DNA from: Gnetum montanum
Taxonomy: Eukaryota; Plantae; Gnetophyta
DNA: 60,602 nt
NCBI GenBank assembly: GCA_015680685.1
Contig: MNCI01000266.1
Location: forward strand, 333,439-394,040
Reading direction: 5' to 3'
Below the pieces are notes generated by a model. It did no database searches and was not told where the DNA came from. It saw only the letters and a list, made by a program, of their open reading frames with translations. Position numbers and translations under genes: made by a program. This document shows, piece by piece, positions 28,701-42,950 of the stretch. Position 1 is the first letter of the stretch; every line of letters starts with the position of its first letter.

Positions 28701-29300
28701 GAGTTAGATTTTCATAGGAGATGTCTTGGCCAGTTCAGAGATGACCTGAACAAATGGAGAAACTTCCAAAAACATCCACCCTAATTTGGGAAATAGTTAA
28801 AATACCACGGAAAAACTATGGAAATAGTTGGGGAGAAGGTGATAAGACTTAGAAAACATCTGAAAAATCTTAAATTCATTTGAGAAAATATTTCTAGGGT
28901 TCTTATATTCTGGTTTAACATAAATATTAATGTATTTATCATTTTTGGTATCATGAGTAAGAGCAAAAGAACGTGAGAGTGGAAAGCTGAGAAAGAGAGA
29001 GTGGGTGAGCACATTAAGTGAGTGTAATTGGTGATTGCAACTCCAAGATCAACTTGTGATGTGTTGCTCTTTATGTTCTATTCTTTTGTATCTCACTTTT
29101 GAGTTAAATATCTTAGTTTAGGTTGTGGGAGGGAGATTCTATTAGTTATGTCTTGCATTGAGAATAGTCATTGTATGATTGTGGATCCTCATGCTTCATA
29201 ATATCATTTAAGTGTGATAGGTTTTGGATGTGTTTGTGGGTTTTGTAAATCCTGTTATAATCTTCTAATTAAAAAAATTAAATATATTGTTATTTTGTAG

Positions 29301-29925
29301 TATTGTGGCCAACCTTGCCCATGCTATTGCATGGGGCCATGATCAACAAAATTGTCTTGTAAAATCATATACCATTTCATGAAGTAATGGTAACATATGG
29401 GAAGGTAGATCAATGTGCGGGAAGGTGAACTGACATGCAGGGAGGTGAATCGATGTGTGGGAAGGTGAAACATCACTAGCAAGTGACTATAAAGTAGAGG
29501 ATTGTAGAATTGATCAGCATTCCAATGGGGGGAGTGAGGGCCTCCTTAACAAATCGGGCTCTCTTCTTGAACAAGTATGTCTCTCTTCATTGAGCTACAA
29601 GTAAGTGGGTAGGAGGGTCTCTAGGGGTTAAGAAACCAATGGATAGTGATTTTCTCTCTCTATCTTCTCCTATTTTTCTTAGGGCTACAATGATAAAGTT
29701 GATGCATGTAGATGGTAGGGTTCTACAGTTCTATTTCTTTATTCTTGGCAATGGATTGGTGATAGTTAGTAGTAGTAGAGCTGTGTGGACAAAAATCAAT
29801 AATCTTAACAAGAAACCAAGAGGTGGCAGTTTTCTTTTCCCTTGTTGCGGTAGACCTATGATGATGGCAAATGTAGGACTAGAGATAGCAAAGTGTCTAC
29901 TGGCACGTGATAGTGGGATCTAGTG

Positions 29926-29978
<53 letters not shown>

Positions 29979-31508
29979 TACAGTGTTCTAACAGTTGATA
30001 GTAACTATTGTAGGTGCAAGTTCTATAGTTCCATTCTATTTTTGGTAGGCAGTGCATCTATGCTAGGCTTCCTCAAACAATGAAAGATTCTTCTCTCTTG
30101 TGCTGGTGATGGGGCATTTTCTATCTATCCATCAAAGACATATCAGTGGGCCCCTTCATCTAGCCTCTTCTCTCTCTCTCTCTCTCACTCATTCGGTGGC
30201 TATAGGCAGTGTTGGTTACCTTTTTTAATCTTGAATTTGAGACATTTATTCCAATTAAAAATTTTGTTATTTTTACTATTTTCAAAAGGCCATGTAGTTG
30301 TCTTCAATTGAGACTATTTCTATGTTTTCTTACCCATACAGGAGGCACCCTAGGCAATAGTCTTCTCAAATGAGTTTTCCTTCCCTAGGTGTTGGTGCAA
30401 CCAAAATTTATGCATCAACATCCTTTTTGGTGCTAGAAGGAGGGCCTTTCTCCTGCCTTGTGTTTATTAGCTCTTCTTGCTATTTTTGGTGTCTATTTCA
30501 TTTTCTGATCCTATCTTGAAACCTATTGAATTCTTCTTAAAAAAACCTTTATTGTCAAACACTTATTTTCTACCTTTTTTTATGCTTCCCATTTTTTGAA
30601 AATTGTTGTTACCAAAACCCTTTTCTTTATAACCCTCATTTTCCAGTTCCATTTTGAATTTCTGATTTTGGTGGTCCTTACCTAAGTTATAACTTGGGTG
30701 AGGTTGTTTTATTACTCAATTTTAAATTTATTTTTCTAAATTTTTTATAATTTTATTATTTTTTGGTTTAGGGTTTAAGATTTTGTGGTTTAGGGTTTAA
30801 GATTTTGTGGTTTTTGTTGCTCCTTGCACTTGCATGAAATTTTTTTTTTGGAGGCTAAGTGTTGTGGCCAACCTTGCCCATGCTATCGCATGGGGCCATG
30901 ATTAACAAAGTTGTCCTATAAAATCAAATACCATTTCACCAAGCAATGTTAACATGCAAGAAGGTGGACTGATGTGCAGGAAGGTGAATTGATGTGTGAG
31001 GAGGTGAATCGACATGCAGAAAGATAGATCGACCTACAAGGAGGTGAAACATCACTAGTAGGCAACTATAAAGTAGAGGATTGCAGAAAAAGGATTGGTT
31101 GGTCTCCTAGTGAGGGGAGCAAGGGCCTCCTTAACAAATTGAGCTCTCTTCTTGAATAGCTGCATCTCTCTCCATTGAGGCACATGTAGGTGGGCAAGGT
31201 GGTCTCCAAGGGCTAAGAAACTAGCAGATGTTAGTGTTCTCTTTCTCTTTTCTCCTATTTTTCTTAGGGCGATAATAGTGCAATTGACGTGTCTAGATGG
31301 TAGGTGGGTTTTGCAGTCATGTTTCTTTATTCTTGGTAATGAACTAGAAATAGTTAGCAATGGCAGAGCTACATGGACAATGGTAAATTAGTAGTAAATG
31401 AAGTGGTGGAAATTTTCTTTTCCCTTTTCGCAATAGACCCATGACAGTAGTAGACGTAGCATTGGAGATAGCAACACATCTATTGGCATGTGATAGTAGG
31501 ATCTACTG

Positions 31509-31563
<55 letters not shown>

Positions 31564-33523
31564 TGCAGTGTTGTAGCAATTAATAACAGCCATTGCAGGT
31601 GTAGGTTCTGTAGTTTCATTCTATTTTTGATGGGTGATGCATCCATGGTAGGATTCTCCAAATAGGAACAAATTTCCCTCTCTTGTGTTGGCAATGGGAT
31701 GCATTCTTTCTATGCGTTAGAGACATGTTAGAGGATCCCTTTATCTAGCCTCTTCTCTTTCTCTCTCCCTCATTTGAAAACTATAGGTAGTGTTGGTTAC
31801 CTTTTATTTTCTTGAATTTAAGACACTTATTCCAATTAAAATTTTTTCTTTTTTTTTACTATTTTCAAAAGGCCACATAGCCCACTCCAACTAAGATTAT
31901 TTCTAGGTTTCTGCATCCATACAAGAGGTGCCCTAGGCAATAGTTTCCTCAAATAATTTTTTCTTTTCCAAGTGTTGGTGCAACCAAAATTTATCCATCA
32001 ACACCCTTTTTGGTGCTAGAAGTAGGGCCTTTCTCTCATCTTTTGTTTATCAGCTCTTCTTGTCATTTTTTGTGGCTATCTCATTTTTCTATCCTATTTT
32101 GAAATCTATTGAATTTTTCTAAAAAAACCTTTGTTTTCAAACGCTTATTTTCTACCTTTTTTATCCTTCTTATTTTCTAAAAATTATTATTAACACAACC
32201 CTTTTTTTTTGTAACCTTCATTTCCCAGTTGCATTTTGAATTTCTGATTTTTGTGGTCCTTACTTGAGTCCTAACTTGGATGAGGTGGTTTTATTATTTA
32301 ATTTTAAATTTATTTTTTTTGAAATTTTTCTAACTTTATTATTTTCCTTTTAAGATTTTATGGTTTTTATTGCTCCTTGCACTTGCATGAAATTTCTTGT
32401 TTGGGGGCTAAGTGTTGTGTCCAACCTCACCCATGCTATCACATAGGATCATGATCAACAAAATCATCCTGTAAAATCATATACCATTTCACCAAGCATT
32501 GTTAACATGTGGGAAGGTGGATTGACATGTGGGAAGATGAACCAACATGCAGGGAGGTGAATCAATGTGTATGAAGGTGGAATAACCTGTGGGGAGGTGA
32601 AACATCACTAGCAAGCAGCTATAAAGTAGAGGATTGCAGAAAAAGGATTAATTGGTCTCCCAATGGGGGGAGTGAGGGCCTCCTTAACAAATTGGGCTCT
32701 CTTCCCAAATAGATGCGTCTCTCTCCATTGAGGTGCATGCAGGTGGGTAGGTGGGTCTCTAGGGGCTAAGAAACTAGTAGATAGTGATTTTTTCTCTCTC
32801 TCTTCTCCTATTTTTCTTGGGGTGACAATAGCATAGTTGATGCAAATGGTAGGTGGGTTTCGCACTACTATTTCTTTAATCTTGGCAATGGACTGACAAT
32901 ATTTAGTAGTGGTAGAGCTGCATGGACAATGGTCAATAATCTTAGTAAGAAACTAAGAGATGGTAATTTTCATTTCCTTTTTCACAACAGACCCATGACA
33001 ATGATAGATGTAGGATTGGAGATAGCAATGCATCTATTGGCATGTGACAATGGGATCTAGTGGCTCATTCTCTCTCTCTCTTTGGTTTAGTGTTGTAGCA
33101 GTTGATAGGAATCGTTGCAAGTGTGGTATCTATAGTTCCATTCTATTTTTGGTAGGTAGTGCATCTGCAGTAGGCTTCTCCAAATAGGGACAAATTTTTC
33201 TCTCTTATGCTGGCAATAAGGCATGTTCTGTCTATGCATTAGAGAGATGTCAGCAGGTCCTTTCATCTAGCCTCTTCTCTCTCTCTCTTTCTCATTTGAT
33301 AGTTACAGGAAATGTTGGTTACCTTTTGTATTCTTGAATTTGAGACACTTATTCCAATTAAAATTCTTATTATTTTTACTATTTTTGAAAGGCCATGTAG
33401 CCCTCTCCAACTAAGACTATTTATGGGTTTCCATATCCATATAGGAGGCAACCTAGGTAGTAGTCTCCTCAAATGAGTTTTTCTTCCCTAGGTGTTGGTG
33501 TGACCAGAATTTATGCATCAAGA
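29301..33523 (+). mobile_element. Tandem non-autonomous LTR element: LTR-int-LTR-int-LTR (Tat-like signals)
   Basis: LTRs 29301-30420, 30860-32003, 32413-33523; PBS TGGTGCTAGAAG(G/T)AGGG at 30428 and 32011; PPT TTGG(A/G)GGCTAAG before LTR2 and LTR3; one TSD TGTAG at 29296-29300 and 33524-33528. Confidence 0.88.
30428..30444 (+). promoter_or_regulatory. Primer-binding site complementary to the plant tRNA-Asn 3' end (second copy 32011-32027)
   Basis: TGGTGCTAGAAGGAGGG versus TGGCGCTAGAAGGAGGG expected from tRNA-Asn(GUU); 7 nt downstream of the LTR end. Confidence 0.72.
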
Positions 33524-33671
33524 TGTAGTAAATAATTTTTATCTTTACATAATATCTAGATTTAGTAATTGAAGGTGATTTAATTGTGGAGTGAGCCTAC
33601 TCCAACATTATTGATATCAAAGCCTAGTTTTATTATTGCTTGGGAATTAGTTAGGATTTTATCAATTTTAG

Positions 33672-36600
33672 ATGGCACTCAAAAAGAAATAGATGTAAGA
33701 TTTAAATCAAGTCATGAAGAGAATGAAGTCTTCCTTCTAGATGATGGTTTCTTGATTAGACAAAATCAACATAAAGGTGAACAGACATGTGAGTCCTAGC
33801 CATGTTTTGATACATGGAGGAGATGAGCATGCACATTTAGATAAATAATTTTCAAAACCAAGTGGAGATAGAGTGAAGGATAATCCAGCTACAAGAGTGT
33901 AGGAAATCATTAGCCAAGGATTTCAATGGCAAGAAATCCTATTTCTCAAATGAGAACTCTAAGGGCTCCACTGATGTTCAATACTTCTTCTTTTAGGCAA
34001 GCTTGATGAGGAAGATGAGGTAAGGCTTGCTAGTATGTTTAGAAATGATACAAGACTTCCATGCATAGAGTTGAAGACTTTCAATGATGTAGATGACACC
34101 AATGCTTTTGCAAGTTGGCTAAAGGTACTTGAGAAGCATTTTCAATTAGAAGAGTATCAAATAACTTGAGGGTACCTATTGCTAAATCTAGATTACAAGG
34201 TATGACTTCTACTTGATGGAAAAAGAAATCCTAGGGTTATGAAAGATGAAATAGTCTACCTATCAAATATTTGGATCTAATGAAATACAAGTTGAAGAGA
34301 AATTTTGAATGATCTCATTAGAGACAAGAAGCTATAATGAAGTTGAAATTTCTAGGGCAAGGTAACAAGGATGCCAAATAATTCTATATTTAATTTTATA
34401 ATCTATTCCATCAACCTAAGGTAAACTAAAAGAAGTATGAACAAGCTTCAACCTTTTTAGGAGATCTCAAAATGGTGTACTAGCATGACTTATCATTTTA
34501 TGAGTCATAAAATCTTGACGCTTATGATTTGGCACTCAAGAAAAAGAAGAAATTAGGTGGATTTGGAAATAGGGAAAAACAAACTTTCAAATGGAAGGAC
34601 AAGATATCTAGATCTAATAAGGGGTCCAAGTCCAAATATAAAGACAAGGAGGATAGCCAAGACAAGAAGACTAACAAGGACAATGAGAAGGGCAAAGCCA
34701 AGAGGGACCAAAGAAAGGAAGGAAAAGGTCAAGACAACAAATAATCAAAAATTTAGTGCTTCAAATGTAGAGAATGGGAACACAAGCAATGGGAATGTCC
34801 ACTTCACAAGGTAGACAAGGATAGATATTTTCAAACCATGGAGATGAAGGAGACATCAAGCCAACCTCTTCAAAGAGGTAATCCTAATGCTCCAAAAATT
34901 GGGTATGTTTTTGAATTAAATTCTTGTGCATTCATGGGGAATGATAATAGAGGAGATCATCATAATAGGGAATCATTGTTTTATTTTAGAGATAGTTGTT
35001 TAATTACTAGGAAATGAATTCATATTTTGATTGATGGGGAAGCCCAAGAAAATGTTAATTTTTCTAGGATAGTTTCTAGATTGGGTTTGGTAACTAATCC
35101 TCATCTGAGACCCTATAATATGCATTGGTTATCTAAAGATTTTTTCCAAGAGGTATGGTAACAATGTACCTTAAAATTTAAAATTGGAAGGTTTTATGAT
35201 GTTGTAAACTGTGATGTGCTTCCAATTGATTATACTAATGTAATTTTTGATAGACCTTAGAATTTTGATAATGGTGCTTAATTTGATGGAGCAAGAAATT
35301 TATGGAGTGTTGCTAGACATGATGGAATCCATGATTTGATTCCTATGATAGTTGAACAAGTGAGGCAACAAAGCTTACTTAATGCTTCCTTAATCTTTCT
35401 AGGAGAGAGGGAATATATTAAGAAACATGATAAAACTAGTTTTGGTTTTGTTGTTATGAAAGTAGTTGCTACTTAGCATGATGATGTGCAAGTTGAACTT
35501 CCTATAGGTGTGCTAAGCTTGAAGGAGAAATTTTCAAAGGTGTTTAATGGGGAATTGGATGGACTACCACTAATGAGAAATGTATAGTATTAGATTGAAT
35601 TTATCCCTAGTGCTACCATACCCAACAAGAGAGCTTATTAGATGGCACCAAATTTGAGGGCTAAAAGGCAAAGACAAGTAGAGAAGTTACTTGCAAATGG
35701 CTTCATGAGGAAATCCATTTCACCTTATGTTGTTCTCACTGTACTAGTGCCAAAGAAGGATAGTGATGAATAGAGAACATACATTGATTTTAGAGTAGTG
35801 AACAAGATAATAGTAAGGTACAGTTTTTCTATTCCAAGGATGGATGATATCCTTGATTTCCTTACGAATGCAAAAGATTTTTAGCAAAATTTATTTAAAG
35901 AGTGGGTACCTTCAAATTAGAATTAGGCCTAGTAATGAGTGGAAGAAAACTTTCAAAGCATCATATGAATTGTTTGAAAGGTTGGTGATGCCATTTAGGC
36001 TCATGAATGCATATGATACATACATGAGGTTGATGTGTGATGTATTGAAAGACTTAATTGGTAAGTGTTATATTATTCTTTTAAAAAATATTTTAGTATA
36101 TACCTCTAATGAGGAAGAGCTCTTGGATCACTTGAGGATGGTATGTCTTAATTTGAAATAGAAAAAATTAGTAATCAATGTGAAGAAATGTCATTTCTTC
36201 AAGATGGAAATCACATATTTAGATCATATGATTTCTAAAAACTAGATTCAAATGGAAGCTACCAAGATAAAGACTATCAGGGATTCGCAAACTCTTAAGA
36301 ATGTTGGGGAGGTAAAATCATTTTTTTTGGTTTAGCAGGTTTTTCTAGATGGTTCATAAAATAATTTTAGTGGTATTTCATGGCCTATGTTTACTTTTTT
36401 GAAGAAAAATAAGGAATTTAAATGAGATAATGAAACCTATGAAAGATTTGACTTATTAAAAGCAAAGATTACCAGTGAACCAGTGCTTGCAATTCTAGAT
36501 TTTCATAAGCTTTTCCAAATTTAGGTAGATGCAAGTGGACTTGCGATTGGTGGGCTAATTTCAAAAGAAAGTATGCCTATTGCTTTATTTTCTAGAAAGT

Positions 36601-37957
36601 TGAATGAGTAAAGGCATAAATATAGCATATATTAGAAGGAGGTATATGCTATTCTTTAACAAAGTAAGCATTGGAGGCATTACTTGTTATCTAATGAATT
36701 CACCTTGATGATAGATCATAAAGCACTTTAATTTCTAAACTCACAAAAGAAGTTGAGTTTAAATCATATGAATTAGGTTACACAATTAGAAGAGTTAAAT
36801 TTTGTGTTGAAGCATAAAAGTAGAAAAGCCAATGTGGTGGATAATGTGTTGTCTAGGGTGCATGTTTCATTGTACCTCATGTGGAAGGTATGGATGAACA
36901 GTATATGCCTTTGGAAATTTCCAAAAGTCCATGGAAACATATGTCAATGGACTTTGTGAGTGGTAGTCCAAAGATAAAAAGTGGGAAAGATGCAATTTTT
37001 GTTATGATTGATAGGTTCTTCAAGATGGCATATTTTATTTTGTGTAAGAAGATGAGTGATGCTTCTCATGTGGAAAATTTAATTTTATAGCATGTTATAA
37101 AGTTAGAAGGTATTCTTTTAAATATTATTAGTGATAGAAAATACAAGTTCACAAGTTATTTTTGAAGGTTCTTTTGAAAGATTTTAGGAATAAAGTTGAA
37201 TTTTTCTAGTGCATATCATCCACAATCTGATGAAAAAATAGAGGTGGTGAATAAATCCATGCTAAACATATTGAGATGTTTGTATGATGGATAGCCAAAT
37301 AGGTGGAAAAACTTGTTGTATCATGTTGAATTTTTTTGTAATAATGCTTTTTAGATTGCTATTGGAAAAAGCCAATTTAAGGTAATTTATGAGTTTTGTC
37401 TTCAAATGGTTGATACTTTGAAGAGCTTTGATGGTGAAGCTCAACTTAGTGCTAATTTTTTGCAAGAGATGAGGGATCTGCATGCACAAGAAAAATATAA
37501 TATTGAGAAGAAGGCTAAATAAAGATTCCTCAAGAGAAAAGAGGGTAAGAGAAACCTAGTTTTACTATTGGTGACTTAGTTTGGGTGTAGTTGAAGAAGA
37601 AGTGGTTAAGAGGTAACTTCTTTAAATTGAAAGCCAAGAATATGTGCTCTTTTGAAATCAAGGCTAAAATCAATGACTGCTTTTGAGATTAATTTATCAA
37701 ATAACATTGATATGTATTTTGTGTTTAATATTTTAGATCTTATGCACTATCATGGATTGGCTAATGAGGAAACCATACGATATAGCATCAATGAGTTAAA
37801 GGGGGCTATTAAGTCTTCAAGGAAGTTAAAGGTAATCATATTCAAGTGAAGAAAATATTCTAGTGCTCGAGGAGTCAAGAGGCATGAATATTTGATCCAT
37901 TGGTAGGATCAATCTACTAATGATGTTGTATGGATCCATGAGACTAGACTTGTTAAG
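33672..37957 (+). pseudogene. pol: Decayed gag-pol with C-terminal chromodomain
   Basis: Zinc knuckle CFKCREWEHKQWECP; AP ILIDGEAQEN; RT IFSKIYLKSGYLQIRIRP..LVMPFRL; RH VDASGLAIGG; INT PWKHMSMDFVSG; chromodomain-like HEYLIHW..DVVWI; integrase HHCC region deleted near 36880. Confidence 0.88.
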
Positions 37958-38295
37958 TGGGGGATCACTTTTACCCCTACTTCATTGTTTACTTAAGCTT
38001 CGAGTGCTTAGTGCACAACCTTAACATGACTCAATTGACACAAGTTTTAGAGAAAAACACTCTTTACTTTGATCATGAAATTTTTATAATAGTTTTGAAA
38101 TGCATGCTTGATATTAAGCATAATGCATCAGAGATTGATATCTTTTTTAGAATGGAGGAAATGCTTGGATTTTGAGCAAGGCACATCAAAAATATGATCT
38201 CTCCTCCGAACTCTTACACTCACACACTAACTTGAACTTTGATGCTACTAGACCTCTATTATTTTTTCTCCTAATGATCTATACATAGACACACA

Positions 38296-38308
38296 CACCT
38301 ATTTATGG
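38296..38308 (-). promoter_or_regulatory. Putative viral pregenomic-RNA TATA box (CATAAATAGG)
   Basis: TATA-like motif in the non-coding region downstream of ORF2, the expected position in Caulimoviridae. Confidence 0.45.
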
Positions 38309-38499
38309 GAATTCAAACTAACTCTCTAATGGATTCTGGATGGAGGCTCATCATGCTACTTACAAATATTTCTTTAAGACAAGGATCTTATCTTTAAAGT
38401 AGATTTGGATGGAATGGCTAACAAAATTTTTTAGCATGAGAGTGGACTATTAGATCCAAAGTCAACATCATCCCCTTTTGAGTTGAAACCTATATTGTG

Positions 38500-39395
38500 A
38501 TATTCCTCAAAGCTATAATTCCATACTAAGAAATCTGCAAGCGTGTTAGAACTGCTATCTTCAATACTAGAATGGACCCCTACTTAATAAATCTTGTTTT
38601 CCTTACCACCAGCATCACGATGCTAATCTATATGGGCATCAAGATAATAAAATTCTAAGGTGTATGGCACTTCGAGGTTGACATGGAAATGATGTTGAAT
38701 GTCAAAGGCATTAGCAGTATAGGCATCCTAGTAAAAAGCTTATTGCCATGTGTTCTACCAATCAATTATTTTTGCAATGTATGTTACCAAGAAATACACA
38801 GGAGTTGATGCCACATGCATGAAGTGCAAATCCATCGTGGTAGCATTCCCGTAGTATGAAAAGTCTCCATGGTGCTCTACAAGTTTGGATCTTAGATACC
38901 GTGGGTAATTTGTAGGTAAATCTATAAGAGAATGACCAAATTTATCCCACCAAAACCAAAACATTGAGAAATTGGTTTCAGGAATGGACTGTGAATCAAA
39001 TTTAATTTGATACATGTGAAAATCATTGGGTTGGTAGTAAGGCCAATTAAAGCGTTAATGAGTATACCAATTTTCAAAATTAAGATGGCTAATTTTTACA
39101 TTAGTGGCTAAGGCTATGTAGGAAGGAAATTCTGTTTGTTCTTGGGAGAAATGACAAGTAGTAAAAATCCTTTGGAAAATAGAGGAAAAATAAGAAAGAG
39201 GCTATGTCCTTTGAACAAAGTCTTTCCAACTAGCTTAATACCTAGACATTTTAGCAAAATATTATGGAAAACTTAAAAATCTTTCATTAGCTACATAAGC
39301 ATGTAACCCTCTAGAGGATCAAAGGGTCCATCCTTTGCCTCGTAATAACTCTGCACATAATTTAAACATCAGTAGGACTAGATAGTTAGAATCAT
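38500..39395 (-). pseudogene. Viral ORF2 of unknown function, Florendovirus-ORF2-like
   Basis: Follows RH via a possible ATGA stop/start overlap; contains FSMFWFWWDKFGHSLIDLP, resembling the WWxxFG motif of florendoviral ORF2 (recalled, not searched). Confidence 0.55.
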
Positions 39396-40700
39396 CTAGC
39401 TAAGAAATATACTAAACTATTTTTATTACCTTGAATATATTCAGAATCAAAATCAAAATTAGCTAAGAATAAACTCCATCTAATAAGTCTTGTATGAGCC
39501 ACCTTGGAGATGTTTTTGGTTTGTAAATATATGTCAAAGTGTTTTAAGTCACTTTCGATGGTAAACTTTTGTGGTTGGAGAAATAACCTAATTTTTTTAT
39601 ACCTTTGACAATTGCTAGTAGTTCCTTCTAAGAACTATGATATTTTTCCTATGCCTCATTGAATTTCCCTAAGTGGTATCTACATATACATATTGTATTA
39701 CCTTATTCTTGTTTTAGAGTGGCACCCCAGAATTCATTCGAAGCATCAATTTCTAAGATAAACTTACCTTCTCTTGGGAGATATAATGGTGCCAATTCTT
39801 TACACTTTTTTTTTATCTTTTTGACTACTTCAGTGCATTTTTAATTCCACTTAGGAGCATTCTTCTTTAGAAGTCTATTTAGCACATCTTGTTCTATATC
39901 TAAATCCTTAAAAAATCTAGATACATAATTAATACATCCTAAAAATCTTTGAATTTGTACTTTATCTTCTAATACATCAAGAAATTTATCTATAGATTCT
40001 AATATATGTGGTTGAGGATGTATTACACTAGCAGATATTTCTAATCCTAGAAATTCTATCTCAAGTTGTGCTTGTTTCATTCTTGTAGGTGAAAAAACCA
40101 AACCATTTTTGTCGACTAAGTCAACAAATATTTTCAAGTGTTCTATATGTTCTTTTGGAGATTTGCTAAGAATGAGGATATTGTCAATGTAGACAAGAAT
40201 AAAGGGCTATGAATGGAAAATGGAATCCATCATTTTTTGGAAAATGGATGGTGTAGTCTTTATACCAAAAGGAAGAACATTCCATTCATACAAACTTTGA
40301 AGAACTGTAAATGTAGTCTTCTAGTGATCTTCAGGATTAACTTGTACTTGCTAGAATCCTAATTTTATGTCAAATTGAGAGTAAATATTAGTTTGAGGAA
40401 GTCATTGAAATAAGTTGTTCTTATTTGGAATTGGATGTTGGATGGATTTTATAATATCATTTAATGGTTTGTAATTAATGACTAACCTTTTCTTTCCCTA
40501 AACAAGTTCTGCTCACTTTTTTACATAAAATGCTACATAAGAAAACATGCTTGTACTAGTTCTAATTAACTCTTTTTGAAGTAGGTCTTGAATCTCCTTT
40601 TTGCATTCTTGTCTCAGGCTTGGTGACATCCCTATGTGTTGGGCTAATGAATTTAATTTTATATAGTCTTTTAGTTCAATTCTACACCAATGTTCTTTTT
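39392..40700 (-). pseudogene. Caulimovirid reverse transcriptase and RNase H
   Basis: KEIQDLLQKELIR..AFYVKK; YSQFDIKLGF; YEWNVLPFGIK; LVYIDNILI; ILEIDASNEFWGATL; KELLAIVKGI; RLIRW. Confidence 0.93.
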
Positions 40701-40840
40701 TGTATCTAAAGGTAGTCGAATCATTGCTAGTGAATTTTTTCAAGTACTCAATAATTTGATCAAACTCTACATTTTTATGTTCAACCTGGTTAATGATCCA
40801 ATTCATTCTTTTTGGATTCTTTCTTGGCTATTTCTGGCTA

Positions 40841-41218
40841 TTAAACCTTTGCTTGGCATAATTCTAGATAAACATATTTTCCTAATGTAATAGTTTTAGG
40901 TGTGACAGAAAAACTAATTAAATTTTGTAAATTATCTACTCCTAAAAGAAAATCATAAGAGGCTATTTCAAATTCATATACTATACATTCAAAAATACTC
41001 TGGTCAAGCATTATGAATGGAACTTTACCTTGTTGGGTTGTTACTTTCTTTTGTGTGTTGAAAGTTATTTGTGTAGGATGTTTTTCTTCCCATGAGCATA
41101 AAGGTAAAGTTCCTTCTCTGGCTAAAGATAACTCTACTCCTATATCTATCAAGACATCTATTTCATATGCTTTGTAACCTGGCCACTTAACTAATAAAGT
41201 ACACATTGGTAAAACCAT
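40841..41218 (-). pseudogene. Caulimovirid aspartic protease
   Basis: DVLIDIGVELS (degenerate DTG) and DFLLGVD motifs directly upstream of RT. Confidence 0.8.
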
Positions 41219-41699
41219 TTTAGTACTATTTTTATTAATTTTTAAAACTACTTGAATACTTTTAACCTCATCCTCATAGCATTGTTGTTGGTAACTCTCT
41301 TCTATTCTTTCTAGCTCATCGTATTCATCTGTGGATTGCTTAATGAATTTTTCTAATTATTTCATTATATATTATCTCCATATGGAAGTACTAGTTTTTT
41401 TTGGAACCTAAGGTTCTTGAGGGTTTTGAGGTTCTTCTCTATGGGTTTCTACTTCTAATTTTTCTATTTCATTAGGATCTTGGGAATCTTTATATAATCT
41501 TCTCATTTCATCTAATGTTTGTTTATGGAGTTCTATTTCATCCTATTTTGCACATACATTTTTCTTAAATGTCCTACATTTATGAATATCTTCTATAGGA
41601 ATCTTTCTCCATTGATTTTGAAGATGTTTTAACTAGGCTTGCAGTAAACTATATGTTTATTCTTCCATATAGATACCTTCTTCATGTTGAGAAGATTCT

Positions 41700-42950
41700 T
41701 CATTCATATATACATTATAATAATCAGAATCTTCAGAGTAATAAGAATATGTCCCTAGTTCCTAATCATAATGAGGTATATCCTCAAATGCAACTTTACT
41801 AGAGAACTAATTAGAGGATTCTAGATAAAGGTCTCCATTAGTGAAGGAAATGTCAGAATCATAAGTCAAAAAATAATCATCTTCATTTAATTTCATTTTC
41901 TCAATGAAATGTATCTTATGAGGATGATCATTCTTCTTAGGATAATTTTTTCCTTAATAGATGAAACATCTAACTTCTTTCTTCCTATAAGGCCCTTGTT
42001 TTCTTTCAAACATTCCTTTAAAGGGTTTGTTTGGATAATTTCTGCTTTTAGGCCTCTCTGGTTATTTTCTTCTATAGACCTTTCTAGGCTTTGGTTGAGG
42101 ATTTCTTTGTGGTGGTTTATAGAAATATTTTTCCTTTTGTTTCTTCATTTTCTTTTCTTGAATTAGTTTCCCAAGATTTTCTTCGAGGCACATTTGTAAA
42201 CATAAATCCTTTCCTAACTTTTTTCCTAATGATCCTATTAGTTTTTTGGTTTTTTGTTGCGTACAAAGATCCCTAGTCACCTTCTCTACAAAGTGATGGA
42301 TCACATTAAAACTCATTTCCCCAACATTTTTTTCTTCATTCTACAATTATGATCTAAATTATTTTTTAAATGGAGGTGGAAGACATCTTATAAGATGTTC
42401 CTTTGCACCTACATCATGTATGAGCTTTCCAGAGTAGTACCATTCTTCCATAATATCAAGGAAAATTGAGAGATCTTGTATCCTATGTAATCTAGAACCA
42501 TAAAATAAACTTCTATATAAAGCATATTGGTCAGATTTATTTCCTAGGAATTCTTTATTTAAAGCATTTATAAAAATAACTGAAGGACTATGTAATAATT
42601 TTTTCCTAATAGGAGTTTCTACAAAGTTCCACCATCTTCACAGTATGCCTTCAAAATTCATGGTTATGTTTAGGATGGCATGTTGGAATGTTTTCTTTTC
42701 TAATATAACCTATCATGAGATAAATCCATATATTTGGTCCATTTCTTTTTGTCTTTCACAAGGATTTTTCTCATCCATACTAAAATAAGATGGAGGTTTT
42801 CTTGAAGCCTATCTAACCTACATTCCTGTTAAGTATTTTGGGTCTTCTAAAGCAATTCCTAGTTTAGCAATAAGTTTTTTCTCCTCTAAATCTAGAGATC
42901 CTTCACTCCCAATGTACATTGTATCATCTTCTTCATTTACAAATGTTTGT
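41700..42950 (-). pseudogene. Caulimovirid capsid protein region
   Basis: NFEGIL.RWW, NKEFLG, CLPPPF motifs; Lys/Arg-rich tract; truncated knuckle RCFI; acidic tail. Confidence 0.7.

Noticed and set aside
29395-29470. ~20-bp GGAAGGTG-type repeats resembling a CRISPR array
   Set aside because: Head-to-tail degenerate U3 subrepeats without unique spacers, in eukaryotic TE context, with no cas genes
30762-30812. TTTAGGG telomere-like motifs
   Set aside because: Only two units, part of a local ~22-bp duplication absent from the second interior copy
31055-32865. Pair of homologous minus-strand ORFs suggesting a small gene family
   Set aside because: They lie inside LTR2 and LTR3 of the tandem element, antisense to its TATA, and the frame is disrupted in LTR1
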